Of a DNA stretch of 64,000 nt, positions 11,162-19,995 are shown in pieces. The stretch covers positions 320,001 to 384,000 of the forward strand of contig JBFWJC010000002.1 in NCBI GenBank assembly GCA_050253415.1, written 5' to 3'. Source of the stretch: Pedobacter sp. (GTDB lineage Bacteria; Desulfobacterota; Desulfuromonadia; Desulfuromonadales; Syntrophotaleaceae). The first letter of the stretch is position 1. Every line of letters begins with the position of its first letter. The notes beneath the pieces were generated by a model that saw only the letters and a program-made list of their open reading frames with translations, was not told where the DNA came from and did not search any database. The position numbers and the translations under genes were made by a program.

Positions 11162-12526
11162 ATGAGCAACAATAACATTATAGCCCTTACCATGCCTAAA
11201 TGGGGCCTCACCATGGAAGAAGGTACCGTCGCTTCCTGGCTGATGGATGAAGGCGACACTATCGAAATCGGGAGTGAAATTCTCGAAATCGAAACCGACA
11301 AGATCGCGCAGGCTGTAGAAAGTTCTGTTGAAGGAATCCTGCGTCGTAAGATCGGTGAAGAGGGCGAAGAGTACCCTGTTCAAGCTCTGATCGGCATCAT
11401 CGCTGGTGAGGATGTTTCGGAAGATGCCATCGATGCTTTTATCGCCAGCTATGGCAGTGGCGCTGCAGAAGAAGATTCTGAAGACGAGCCTGCAGCACAA
11501 GCAGCTCCTGCCGCTGTGGCCGGGATTCATGAACTGACCATGCCCAAGTGGGGTCTGACTATGGAAGAAGGTACCATCTCTTCCTGGTTGCTCGACGAAG
11601 GTGATGAGATCGAAGTCGGCACCGAAATCATGGAGATCGAAACCGACAAGATCGCTCAACCTGTGGAAAGTACTGTCGCCGGGATTCTGCGTCGCAAGAT
11701 TGGTGAAGAAGGCGAAGAATATCCGGTGAAGGAACTGCTCGGTATCATTGCTGATGCTTCGGTATCTGATGCCGACATCGATGCCTATCTCGCAAGCCGC
11801 GGTGGCGCTGCTGCCCCGGTCGAAGCAGAAGAGGCATCTGCCGCGGCCGCTGCCCCGGCAAAGCCGACCAGCAAGCCGATGTCCCCTATGCGTGCTGCAA
11901 TTTCCAATACGGTGACCAACTCCTGGACGGTTCCTCAGTTCCCGGTTACCATGGGCATCGACATGGGAGCGGCCAAGGAATTCCGGGCCGGTCTCAAGGC
12001 AGCCGGCAAGGCCGTATCCATGAACGATATGGTGGTTAAAGCCTGCGCCAAGGCCATCGAAAAGTATCCGATGGTTAACGCCAACCTGGGTAGCAAGGAG
12101 TACATCCTTAATCCCGAGGTAAACATCGCCGTGGCAGTTGGCCTCGACGATGGCTTGATGATGCCGGTAGTCAAAAGCTGTCAGGCCCTTAGCCTGGAAG
12201 AGGTTTCCAGCGCTTCCCGTGCTTTGATCGACAAGGTCAAGGCCGGTACCTGCGGCCCGGCAGAGATGGCCGGTGGTAACTTCGCCATTTCCAATCTGGG
12301 TATGCTTGGGGTCGATCAGTTCGTGGCCCTGGTACCCCCGGGAATGACCGCTATTCTGGCGGTCGGCGGCATCAAGGAAGAAGTCGTAGTGAAAGACGGC
12401 AACATGGTCCCTGCATCGACGATGAAGGTCACCCTGGTAGCCGATCACCGGGTTGTGGATGGATTGTATTCCGCTCAATACCTGGTTGAATTGAAGCGTC
12501 TTCTGGAAAATCCCGAAGAGCTTTAA
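11162..12526 (+). CDS. acoC: Dihydrolipoamide acetyltransferase E2 with two lipoyl domains
   Basis: Two MPKWGLTMEEG..EIETDKI lipoyl domains and the catalytic DHRVVDG motif. Confidence 0.93.
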   Translation: MSNNNIIALTMPKWGLTMEEGTVASWLMDEGDTIEIGSEILEIETDKIAQAVESSVEGILRRKIGEEGEEYPVQALIGIIAGEDVSEDAIDAFIASYGSGAAEEDSEDEPAAQAAPAAVAGIHELTMPKWGLTMEEGTISSWLLDEGDEIEVGTEIMEIETDKIAQPVESTVAGILRRKIGEEGEEYPVKELLGIIADASVSDADIDAYLASRGGAAAPVEAEEASAAAAAPAKPTSKPMSPMRAAISNTVTNSWTVPQFPVTMGIDMGAAKEFRAGLKAAGKAVSMNDMVVKACAKAIEKYPMVNANLGSKEYILNPEVNIAVAVGLDDGLMMPVVKSCQALSLEEVSSASRALIDKVKAGTCGPAEMAGGNFAISNLGMLGVDQFVALVPPGMTAILAVGGIKEEVVVKDGNMVPASTMKVTLVADHRVVDGLYSAQYLVELKRLLENPEEL

Positions 12527-12539
12527 AATCAACGCAAAA

Positions 12540-12573
12540 AAATGCCGGTGCCTTCGGGCGCCGGCATTCAAAA
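12540..12573. terminator. Stable hairpin after acoC
   Basis: AATGCCGGTGCC-TTCG-GGCGCCGGCATT with a UUCG loop and no long T-tail on +, so possibly a partial terminator or mRNA stabiliser. Confidence 0.5.
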
Positions 12574-12818
12574 GCTTCCACGGAGCGGTTGCCGGCAAGG
12601 ACCTCTCGGCCGGGCTTCGAAAGAATAATCAGGACCTTCAGCAAAAGTGTCAATCTGACGGTTGTGATCCGGGTCGGCACCGCTTTCCTGGGGCTATTTG
12701 AAAGAGGTAAAGTTTCGCCTGAACAGCGAATGAACTTTCCCGGCTTCGATACCAGCATGTAGGGTGTGGCGTTACCGGGACTTGATGCGGCATTACGGCA
12801 TCGGGTAGATACAGGGGC

Positions 12819-13754
12819 ATGATCATGGAAGTTATGCAGAAAAAACGTGGTGGCGATAAAACGAGTTTGGCGGAAATAGACAGCCAGCAGGTGCTGTCCA
12901 AGCCTTCCTGGATTCGGGCCAAGGCACCGGCCGCACCGGAAGTGGGCAGGTTGACCGGGATTTTACGGGATCACCGTCTGCATACGGTATGCGAGGAAGC
13001 CAGCTGTCCCAATCTTGGCGAATGTTTCAAGCGCGGCACCGCAACTTTCATGATCATGGGTGATGTTTGCACCCGCCGTTGTCCTTTTTGCGACGTTGCT
13101 CATGGTCGCCCTGGCGACCTGGACGCAGCGGAGCCGCAACATCTGGCGGATGCCATTCACGCCATGCAGCTTCAATACGTGGTGATCACTTCCGTTACTC
13201 GTGACGATCTTGAAGACAGCGGCGCGGGACATTTTGCCCGGTGTGTCGCTGAAATTCGTAAAGTGACCAAAGGCGTCAAGGTGGAGATTTTGGTGCCGGA
13301 TTTTCGTGGTCATGTCGATGTCGCCCTCACCAATCTCGGTGATGGTCTGCCTGATGTGTTCAATCATAATCTGGAAACGGTACCGCGGCTTTACGCTGAA
13401 TCCCGCCCCGGTGCCCGATATAACGAGTCCTTATGTTTGCTGCAGCGGTTCAAGGAGGTCTACCCCGGTATTCCAACCAAGTCCGGCCTGATGGTTGGCC
13501 TTGGCGAAACCGATGACGAGATTCTTGAAGTGATGCGGGATCTGCGGGCGCATGGCTGCGATATGCTGACCATAGGTCAATATCTGCGGCCCAGCCGCCA
13601 TCATCTGCCGGTACAACGCTACGTCACGCCTGAACAGTTTGAGGCGTTCCGGGTTGCCGGCCTGGCGATGGGCTTTTCCCAGGTCGCTTCAGGACCCTTG
13701 GTGCGTTCTTCCTATCACGCCGATCTGCAGGCGCAAAACGTTTTGCATAAATGA
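12819..13754 (+). CDS. lipA: Lipoyl synthase (acoS-type position)
   Basis: [36 protein letters not shown]. Confidence 0.96.
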   Translation: MIMEVMQKKRGGDKTSLAEIDSQQVLSKPSWIRAKAPAAPEVGRLTGILRDHRLHTVCEEASCPNLGECFKRGTATFMIMGDVCTRRCPFCDVAHGRPGDLDAAEPQHLADAIHAMQLQYVVITSVTRDDLEDSGAGHFARCVAEIRKVTKGVKVEILVPDFRGHVDVALTNLGDGLPDVFNHNLETVPRLYAESRPGARYNESLCLLQRFKEVYPGIPTKSGLMVGLGETDDEILEVMRDLRAHGCDMLTIGQYLRPSRHHLPVQRYVTPEQFEAFRVAGLAMGFSQVASGPLVRSSYHADLQAQNVLHK

Positions 13755-13802
13755 CAAGCAGCGGACAGGGCCCCCGGGCTTTTCCGCATGAGGAGAATAG
13801 TA

Positions 13803-15215
13803 ATGGCTGACGAAAATTTTGATCTCATTGTGTTGGGTGCCGGCCCTGGCGGCTATGTCGGAGCGATTCGCGCTTCTCAGTTGGGCATGAAGGTGGCCGT
13901 AGTGGAAAGCCGTCCGACTCTGGGCGGTGTCTGTCTCAACGAAGGCTGTATTCCTAGTAAGGCATTGCTCGATTCCAGTGAGCATTTCGCCCTGGCACGG
14001 GATAAATTCGACATGCACGGCATCGAAATCCCCGCGCCCAAGCTGAACCTGGCCAAAATGATGGAACGTAAGGAAGGAGTCGTCAGCGACCTTACCGGCG
14101 GCATCGCTTTCCTTTTCAAAAAGAATAAAGTTACCTGGATCAAGGGTACCGGTAAACTGCTGGGTGCCGGTGCCGATGGCCTGCAGCAGGTTGAAGTCAC
14201 CGGTAAAAACGCCGGCGTGGTCAAGGGCAAGCATATTCTGCTCGCTACGGGCGGCAAGGTGGCACAGGTGCCTGGTATCACCGTTGACAACGATGTGATC
14301 ATCGACAATGTTGGTGCTCTGAGCCTCAATCAGGTCCCCGAACATCTTATGATTATCGGTGCCGGTTATATCGGCCTGGAGCTTGGGTCCGTCTGGCTGC
14401 GCCTTGGGTCCAAAGTAACCGTGGTCGAGATGCTTCCCAAAATGCTGCCTAAATCAGATGGCGACACCACCCAGGCTCTGCAGCGCTCCCTGAAAAAACA
14501 GGGTATGACCTTCAACATGGGCACCTGCGTCGGCGGTATTGAAGTTGCCGGCGGGAAGGCGACTGTGAAGCTGGTCAAAGGCGATAAAGTAACGGAAGTG
14601 GTCTGCGACAAGGTCCTCATGTCGATCGGTCGCAAACCCAATATCGATGGTCTCGGTCTGGCCGAAGTTGGCGTGGAGATGGGCGAACGCGGCTGTATCA
14701 AGGTTGACGAAAATTATGCGACCAGCGTACCCGGCATCTATGCCATCGGTGACTTGATCCCCGGTCCGATGCTGGCGCACAAGGCCTCTGAAGAAGCGGT
14801 GGTGTTTGTTGAGCGCCTGGTCGGTAAAAACTCCGAGGTGCACTACGACACCATTCCCGGCGTTTGCTACACCTGGCCTGAAGTTGCTTCCGTCGGCAAG
14901 ACCGAAGAGCAGTTGCAGGAAGCCGGCGTGCCCGTCAAGGTCGGTAAATTTAACTTTGTCGGTAACGGTCGCGCCCGGGCTATGGCGGAGACCGAAGGTT
15001 TCGTCAAAATCATTGCCAACGCGGATAACGGTCAGGTGCTGGGCGTGCATATCTTCGGCCCGCGCGCTTCCGACATGATCGCGGAAGCGGTCGCCGTCAT
15101 GAGTTACGGCGGGACCGCTCACGACATCGGCGCCATGTTCCATGGCCATCCGACCCTGTCCGAAGCGGTCAAGGAAGCAGCGTTGGATGTCGACGGTGCA
15201 GCGGTTCACTGCTAA
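13803..15215 (+). CDS. lpdA: Dihydrolipoamide dehydrogenase E3 (AcoL)
   Basis: GAGPGGY, GGVCLNEGCIPSK, GAGYIGLE, HPTLSE. ATG at 13803 after GAGGAG. Confidence 0.96.
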   Translation: MADENFDLIVLGAGPGGYVGAIRASQLGMKVAVVESRPTLGGVCLNEGCIPSKALLDSSEHFALARDKFDMHGIEIPAPKLNLAKMMERKEGVVSDLTGGIAFLFKKNKVTWIKGTGKLLGAGADGLQQVEVTGKNAGVVKGKHILLATGGKVAQVPGITVDNDVIIDNVGALSLNQVPEHLMIIGAGYIGLELGSVWLRLGSKVTVVEMLPKMLPKSDGDTTQALQRSLKKQGMTFNMGTCVGGIEVAGGKATVKLVKGDKVTEVVCDKVLMSIGRKPNIDGLGLAEVGVEMGERGCIKVDENYATSVPGIYAIGDLIPGPMLAHKASEEAVVFVERLVGKNSEVHYDTIPGVCYTWPEVASVGKTEEQLQEAGVPVKVGKFNFVGNGRARAMAETEGFVKIIANADNGQVLGVHIFGPRASDMIAEAVAVMSYGGTAHDIGAMFHGHPTLSEAVKEAALDVDGAAVHC

Positions 15216-15275
15216 GTTCCAGATTTTTTAAGACGCTAAAGACTTTTAGGCTAGTCCTGCGAGGGCTGACCTGTT

Positions 15276-15408
15276 TGCCGGGGGGCGGACCTCCTAGCCT
15301 CCTCCCGGCATTTTTTACCGATTTTTGAATTTTGAACCAGTTTTTCCTTCCTAATCCTCCTGTTCCAAGTGGAAACGATTCGGGTCCGTTTCCACTTGGG
15401 TTTTTTTT
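15276..15408 (+). terminator. Two tandem intrinsic terminators after lpdA
   Basis: TGCCGGGGGG..CCTCCCGGCA-T7 and CCAAGTGGAAACG..CGTTTCCACTTGG-G-T8. Confidence 0.7.
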
Positions 15409-15482
15409 ACGGGGGTTAGTCGGGTTGCCGGGGTATGGTTCGGTTGTTGCGGAGGTTGTAGATTCAGCTATATGGGGGTACC

Positions 15483-16310
15483 ATGAAGCAGTTTCATGTG
15501 GATAAATCGCGCTGCATCCAGTGCGGCGAATGTGCCAAGGATTGCGTTTTTGGATTGATCGCCATGGAACAGGGGTATCCGGTATTGCCGGCCGATAAGG
15601 AGGCCGTATGTATTGAATGCCAGCACTGCATGGCAGTGTGCAAGCCTGCCGCGTTAAGCATTCTTGGTTTGACTCCAGATGACAGCATGCCCTTGGCAGG
15701 AAAATTCCCCAATCAACGTCAGATGGAAACCTTGATCAAAGGGCGCCGCTCCATACGGCGCTATCTTCCCACTGCCCTTGCCAGCGAAACCATTGATGAA
15801 CTGCTAAAGATAACGTCCCATGCACCTACCGGTGTCAATGCTCGCGGAGTGGAGTTTATTGTCGTCGAGGACCCGGGTACCATGTCGGCCATCCGTCAGG
15901 AAACCCTGGAGGCGCTACAGGATCTGGCTCGCAGAGATGCGATTCCGGATAACCTGTGTATTATGAAAGCCCTTGTCCCTATGATGGAAGAAGGGCTTGA
16001 TCCGATTTTTCGAAACGCTCCGCACTTGCTGATCGCTTCTGCGGCTAATGACGTTCCCTGCCGGGAAGCGGATGTGTTTATCGCTCTGAGCTATTTCGAA
16101 TTGCTGGCCGCCAGTGCCGGGATCGGGACTACCTGGTGCGGTCTCGGAAAATGGGCTATGGTCGATCTGGCTCCGCAACTGCTGCAGTCGCTCGGTGTGC
16201 CTGAAAACCATGACGTGGTGTACCTGATGCTGTTCGGTACGCCTGACGTTGAGTACTATCGTACGGTCCAGCGGGATCAGGATGCCCGTATCCGGCGGTT
16301 GGTGAAATAG
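15483..16310 (+). CDS. Nitroreductase family protein with N-terminal 2x[4Fe-4S] domain
   Basis: CIQCGECAKDC and CIECQHCMAVCK, followed by RRSIRRY and APTGVN. Confidence 0.88.
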   Translation: MKQFHVDKSRCIQCGECAKDCVFGLIAMEQGYPVLPADKEAVCIECQHCMAVCKPAALSILGLTPDDSMPLAGKFPNQRQMETLIKGRRSIRRYLPTALASETIDELLKITSHAPTGVNARGVEFIVVEDPGTMSAIRQETLEALQDLARRDAIPDNLCIMKALVPMMEEGLDPIFRNAPHLLIASAANDVPCREADVFIALSYFELLAASAGIGTTWCGLGKWAMVDLAPQLLQSLGVPENHDVVYLMLFGTPDVEYYRTVQRDQDARIRRLVK

Positions 16311-16348
16311 TTCGAACGCACGGTGGACCGGGAAAGAAGTGAGTCCGT

Positions 16349-16984
16349 ATGAAGGTTGTAGATCTTGGAGTAATGGCTTACTCCGAAGCGTATGCGCTGC
16401 AGGAACGTCTTGTCGGGGATATCCATTCCGGCGTGGAACCCGAAACGTTGCTGCTGGTCGAGCACCCGCCGGTTTATACCCTCGGTCGCAGCGGGCATAT
16501 GAGTAATGTCCTCGATGCGGGCGTTGAAGTGGTCAGCATCAATCGCGGAGGGGATATCACATACCACGCTCCGGGACAGTTAGTCGGTTATCCGCTGTTG
16601 AACCTGGCCGAACGTGGCAAGGATTTGCGCCATTATCTGCGGTTTCTCGAGGAGGTGCTGATTTGTGCAGTGGCCGATATCGGAGTGACCGGGGTGCGCC
16701 GTGACGGCAAGACCGGCGTCTGGACCGAGCAGGGCAAGTTGGCCTCCATTGGGGCAGGGGCCCGTCGCTGGATCAGTATGCACGGTTTCGCTCTTAACGT
16801 ATCTCTTGACCTGAGTGGGTTTTCCCGCATTCATCCGTGTGGGATCGTCGGATGTCCCATGACCTCTCTGTCCCAGATCACCGGGCGTCCTATCGAAATG
16901 GACCTGATCAAGCAACGTGTCGTTAATCACTTCGAGTCGTTGCTTGAAAGCTGGTTGCCTCTTCAAGAAAACCTGATTGCCTGA
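16349..16984 (+). CDS. lipB: Octanoyltransferase
   Basis: EHPPVYTLG, RGGDITYHAPGQLVGYP, HGFALNV, IHPCG. Confidence 0.95.
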   Translation: MKVVDLGVMAYSEAYALQERLVGDIHSGVEPETLLLVEHPPVYTLGRSGHMSNVLDAGVEVVSINRGGDITYHAPGQLVGYPLLNLAERGKDLRHYLRFLEEVLICAVADIGVTGVRRDGKTGVWTEQGKLASIGAGARRWISMHGFALNVSLDLSGFSRIHPCGIVGCPMTSLSQITGRPIEMDLIKQRVVNHFESLLESWLPLQENLIA

Positions 16985-17786
16985 TATGTCTATACCTGTA
17001 ACACTCCATTACGAAGTGTTGGGCGAGGGGCCCGATCTGGTTATCCTCCACGGGCTTTTTGGTTCCCTGGACAATTGGCGCGGGCCGGCACGCCTGCTGG
17101 CCAGGAATTTTCGGGTGTGGTTGGTGGATCAACGCAACCATGGTCTTTCCCCACACAGTTCGGAGTTCCATTATGGGGCCATGGCGGAAGACCTGCATGC
17201 CCTGCTGAATCTCCTTGCGTTGGAGCGTGTGCATCTACTCGGGCATTCCATGGGGGGCAAGACCGCCATGCTGTATGCGGCCCTGCATCCCGACCGGGTA
17301 GACCGCTTGATTGTTGAGGATATGGGGCCCGGCGGATATGGTCCCCATCATGATGAGGTATTCAGGGGGTTGCTCACTTTGCCTTTGGGGCAACTGCAAA
17401 GTCGCAGTGAGGCGGATAAGCTCTTGCAGGACGCAATACCCGTTGACGGGGTGCGCAGGTTCTTACTGAAAAACCTTTACCGGCAAGCGGATGGAACCTG
17501 GGCATGGCGTTGTAATCTCTCTGTTCTGTTCGGCAGTTACCGTCATCTTCTGTCGGCGTTGCCGCTGGATGCGCCACTGCTTTGTCCGACTCTGTTCGTC
17601 AAAGGGGAACTCTCCGACTACCTCGATCCGTCCCGCAATGACACGCTGCTTGAACTGTTCGTCCAGCGCAGGTATGTAACCATTCAAGGTGCTGGCCATT
17701 GGGTCCATGCAGAGCAGCCTGCTGCTTTTTTACAGGCTGTGCAGGCCTTCCTGCTTGAAGGTGTCACGAAGCCGGTGGCGATTTGA
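16977..17786 (+). CDS. Alpha/beta hydrolase, YbfF-like esterase
   Basis: HGLFGSLDNW, RNHGLS, nucleophile elbow GHSMGGK, AGHWVHAEQP. Confidence 0.88.
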   Translation: MPDMSIPVTLHYEVLGEGPDLVILHGLFGSLDNWRGPARLLARNFRVWLVDQRNHGLSPHSSEFHYGAMAEDLHALLNLLALERVHLLGHSMGGKTAMLYAALHPDRVDRLIVEDMGPGGYGPHHDEVFRGLLTLPLGQLQSRSEADKLLQDAIPVDGVRRFLLKNLYRQADGTWAWRCNLSVLFGSYRHLLSALPLDAPLLCPTLFVKGELSDYLDPSRNDTLLELFVQRRYVTIQGAGHWVHAEQPAAFLQAVQAFLLEGVTKPVAI

Positions 17787-17826
17787 AAGCGCTGGTTGGC
17801 TATTGTTTTCATTGTGCTTTGCGGTA

Positions 17827-18096
17827 TCACCCTTCCCAGAACAGATAGTGGGGATTGTCGGCCAAAAAGGCCAGACATTCTTCCAGATTGCCGGTGAAGT
17901 TGATATATTCCCAGCGTTCCAGGTTGTGAAAATACGCCATGCGCCACAGCTTGGGTTGATCGGTGGCAATCAGACGGGCAAAACAATCCCCCTCCTTGCA
18001 TAAGTGCAACTCGTTGCCTTCAATATGAATATCGAACTGAGATAGATGTGGGTCTGCCAGGGCAATCCGTTTGGCTGTTTCGAGCATCTCATTCAT
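17827..18096 (-). CDS. Hypothetical protein (89 aa)
   Basis: GGGAGG RBS. Lies downstream of the permease on the same strand. Confidence 0.65.
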   Translation of the reverse strand: MNEMLETAKRIALADPHLSQFDIHIEGNELHLCKEGDCFARLIATDQPKLWRMAYFHNLERWEYINFTGNLEECLAFLADNPHYLFWEG

Positions 18097-18157
18097 GATT
18101 TCCTCCCGATGCTGGTCGTAACGTTAAACAGAGTTTCTGTCGTCTGAGCATGAGTGG

Positions 18158-19216
18158 TTAGTGTCCAGGGCGTTTGTTAAGCATGCTTTTCAGGATAAGA
18201 GCCAGCAATAGTAGTGCGCTGACAATGGCAAACGGATTAGCGACTTCCGTTTCGCTCACCGATACCCATTGTTTGATATCGACGGCCAGCAGGGCATACA
18301 GCCGGTTAAGCAGCCAACCGATCAGCAAAGAGATGCAGGCGATGGTGGCCAGATAGATAACGGTAACTTTTTTGCCCCAGAATTTGCTGATGACGGTTAT
18401 GGTTGCGGCGTTGGTTGCCGGGCCCGCCAGTAAGAATACCAGGGCCGCGCCGGGCGAGAGACCTTTGAGAACCATGGCCGCGGCAATGGGGGTAGATGCG
18501 CTTGCGCAGATGTACAGGGGGATGCCGACTACCAGCATGACCACCAGTGAGGAAAATTCACCCTGCAGATGCTGCTGGAAAAACGATGCCGGCAGCAGGT
18601 AGGAGATTACGCCGCTGATCAGAATGCCGATCAGCAGCCATTTTCCGATATCCCCCAGCAGTTCGCCAAAGGCGAAGCGCATGCCGCTGCGCAGTTTATG
18701 TCTCATGGAGGAATCGTGCGTGTGTTGATGTCCCTTGCAGCAGGAATCCTCGCACGTTCCGTCTTTTTCGGCCTCGACGTAGGCCGGGATGCTGACGCCT
18801 TCCTCGGGCAACAGATTGATAAACAGCCCGGTAATGGTTGCTGTAATCAAGGCTGCAACAGGGCGAGCTATGGTCATGATGGGATCAAGAAGCGCCCAGG
18901 TGATGGCGATGGAGTCAACGCCCGATTCCGGGGTTGAGATCAGAAAAGCCGCGGATGCCCCCTTGCTGGCACCTTGTTTGCGCAGACCGATGGCGGCTGG
19001 GATGACCCCGCAGGAACATAAAGGCAAGGGGATTCCCAGCAGGGAGGCCTTGATGACGGAACCGCTGGTGCTGTGACCAAGGTGCCGCGCAACAAAATTC
19101 TCGGGGATGAGGGCTTTTAATAGCCCTGCGGCTAAAAATCCAAAAAGAACAAATGGCGCTGCTTCGACCAGCAGTTTCCAGCTTTCGGTGAGGATGCCTG
19201 TAGCAAATGCGATCAT
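18158..19216 (-). CDS. Metal permease (DUF318/ArsP, SO_0444-type)
   Basis: PLPLCSCGVIP, STPESGVDSI, YICASASTPIA, LAGPATN and a central Cys/His-rich loop (CEDSCCKGHQHTH). Confidence 0.85.
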   Translation of the reverse strand: MIAFATGILTESWKLLVEAAPFVLFGFLAAGLLKALIPENFVARHLGHSTSGSVIKASLLGIPLPLCSCGVIPAAIGLRKQGASKGASAAFLISTPESGVDSIAITWALLDPIMTIARPVAALITATITGLFINLLPEEGVSIPAYVEAEKDGTCEDSCCKGHQHTHDSSMRHKLRSGMRFAFGELLGDIGKWLLIGILISGVISYLLPASFFQQHLQGEFSSLVVMLVVGIPLYICASASTPIAAAMVLKGLSPGAALVFLLAGPATNAATITVISKFWGKKVTVIYLATIACISLLIGWLLNRLYALLAVDIKQWVSVSETEVANPFAIVSALLLLALILKSMLNKRPGH

Positions 19217-19995
19217 ATGATGCTCTTTTCCGAAAAGGGGCTAATGCCAGGTTGTCGTATTCCAGTTTGGTGCTTCCCTTTACATTATAGTATCTGGTGC
19301 TGCAACGCCAAGGGGGCTTTTATGTGCAGCCTGATCAATGCGCTGTGAGTGGAGGTTGCTTGCGTGCTGTCTTGGCCTGTTAAACTGTTGCGGAACCGTA
19401 CTTTACAGGATCCGCCATAGACCTCGGACGGTTTCGTTGGCGTTCCAGGGAAGCCATCAGGGGAAGATTTCCATGCTTGTGGGGATGTGAATTAAGGGTT
19501 GCGCCGAAAAAAAAACGGGCGTAAAATGGCCAATTAGGCTTTTGCTTGAGGTGTTATTCAGCGTCGCTGAATCAACACAGGTGTATTAAGAATCCCTTCC
19601 TGCAAGGAAATCGGCTATTGAAAAGTTGACTTTTTGTAATCATTGTACTAAGGGTTAAAGATTGATTTTGATCCTGTTAGGAGCTGATTATAAAAGGCCG
19701 GACCCCACGCGATTCATTGTGCCCATTCAATTTATGGGTTAACTGAGTTTTGCCGGGGTTGCTTTTTTGTGAGGTCGTTCCCCGCAGGTCAGGTGTTTTG
19801 GAAAAGTGCAGACTGTGCCAAATCCATGCTGGGAAGGTATTGGATAGCTTTAGATTGGTACGTTGGTTGCATTTAATTTGATGGAAATAGTAGCTTTGTT
19901 TGTGACGGGCGGTGCCGTCCGTCACGATCAGATTATATACGCATGAAAGCGTCTGGATATTTGTTGTGAAGTACACTACAGGAGGCATTGGTCCA

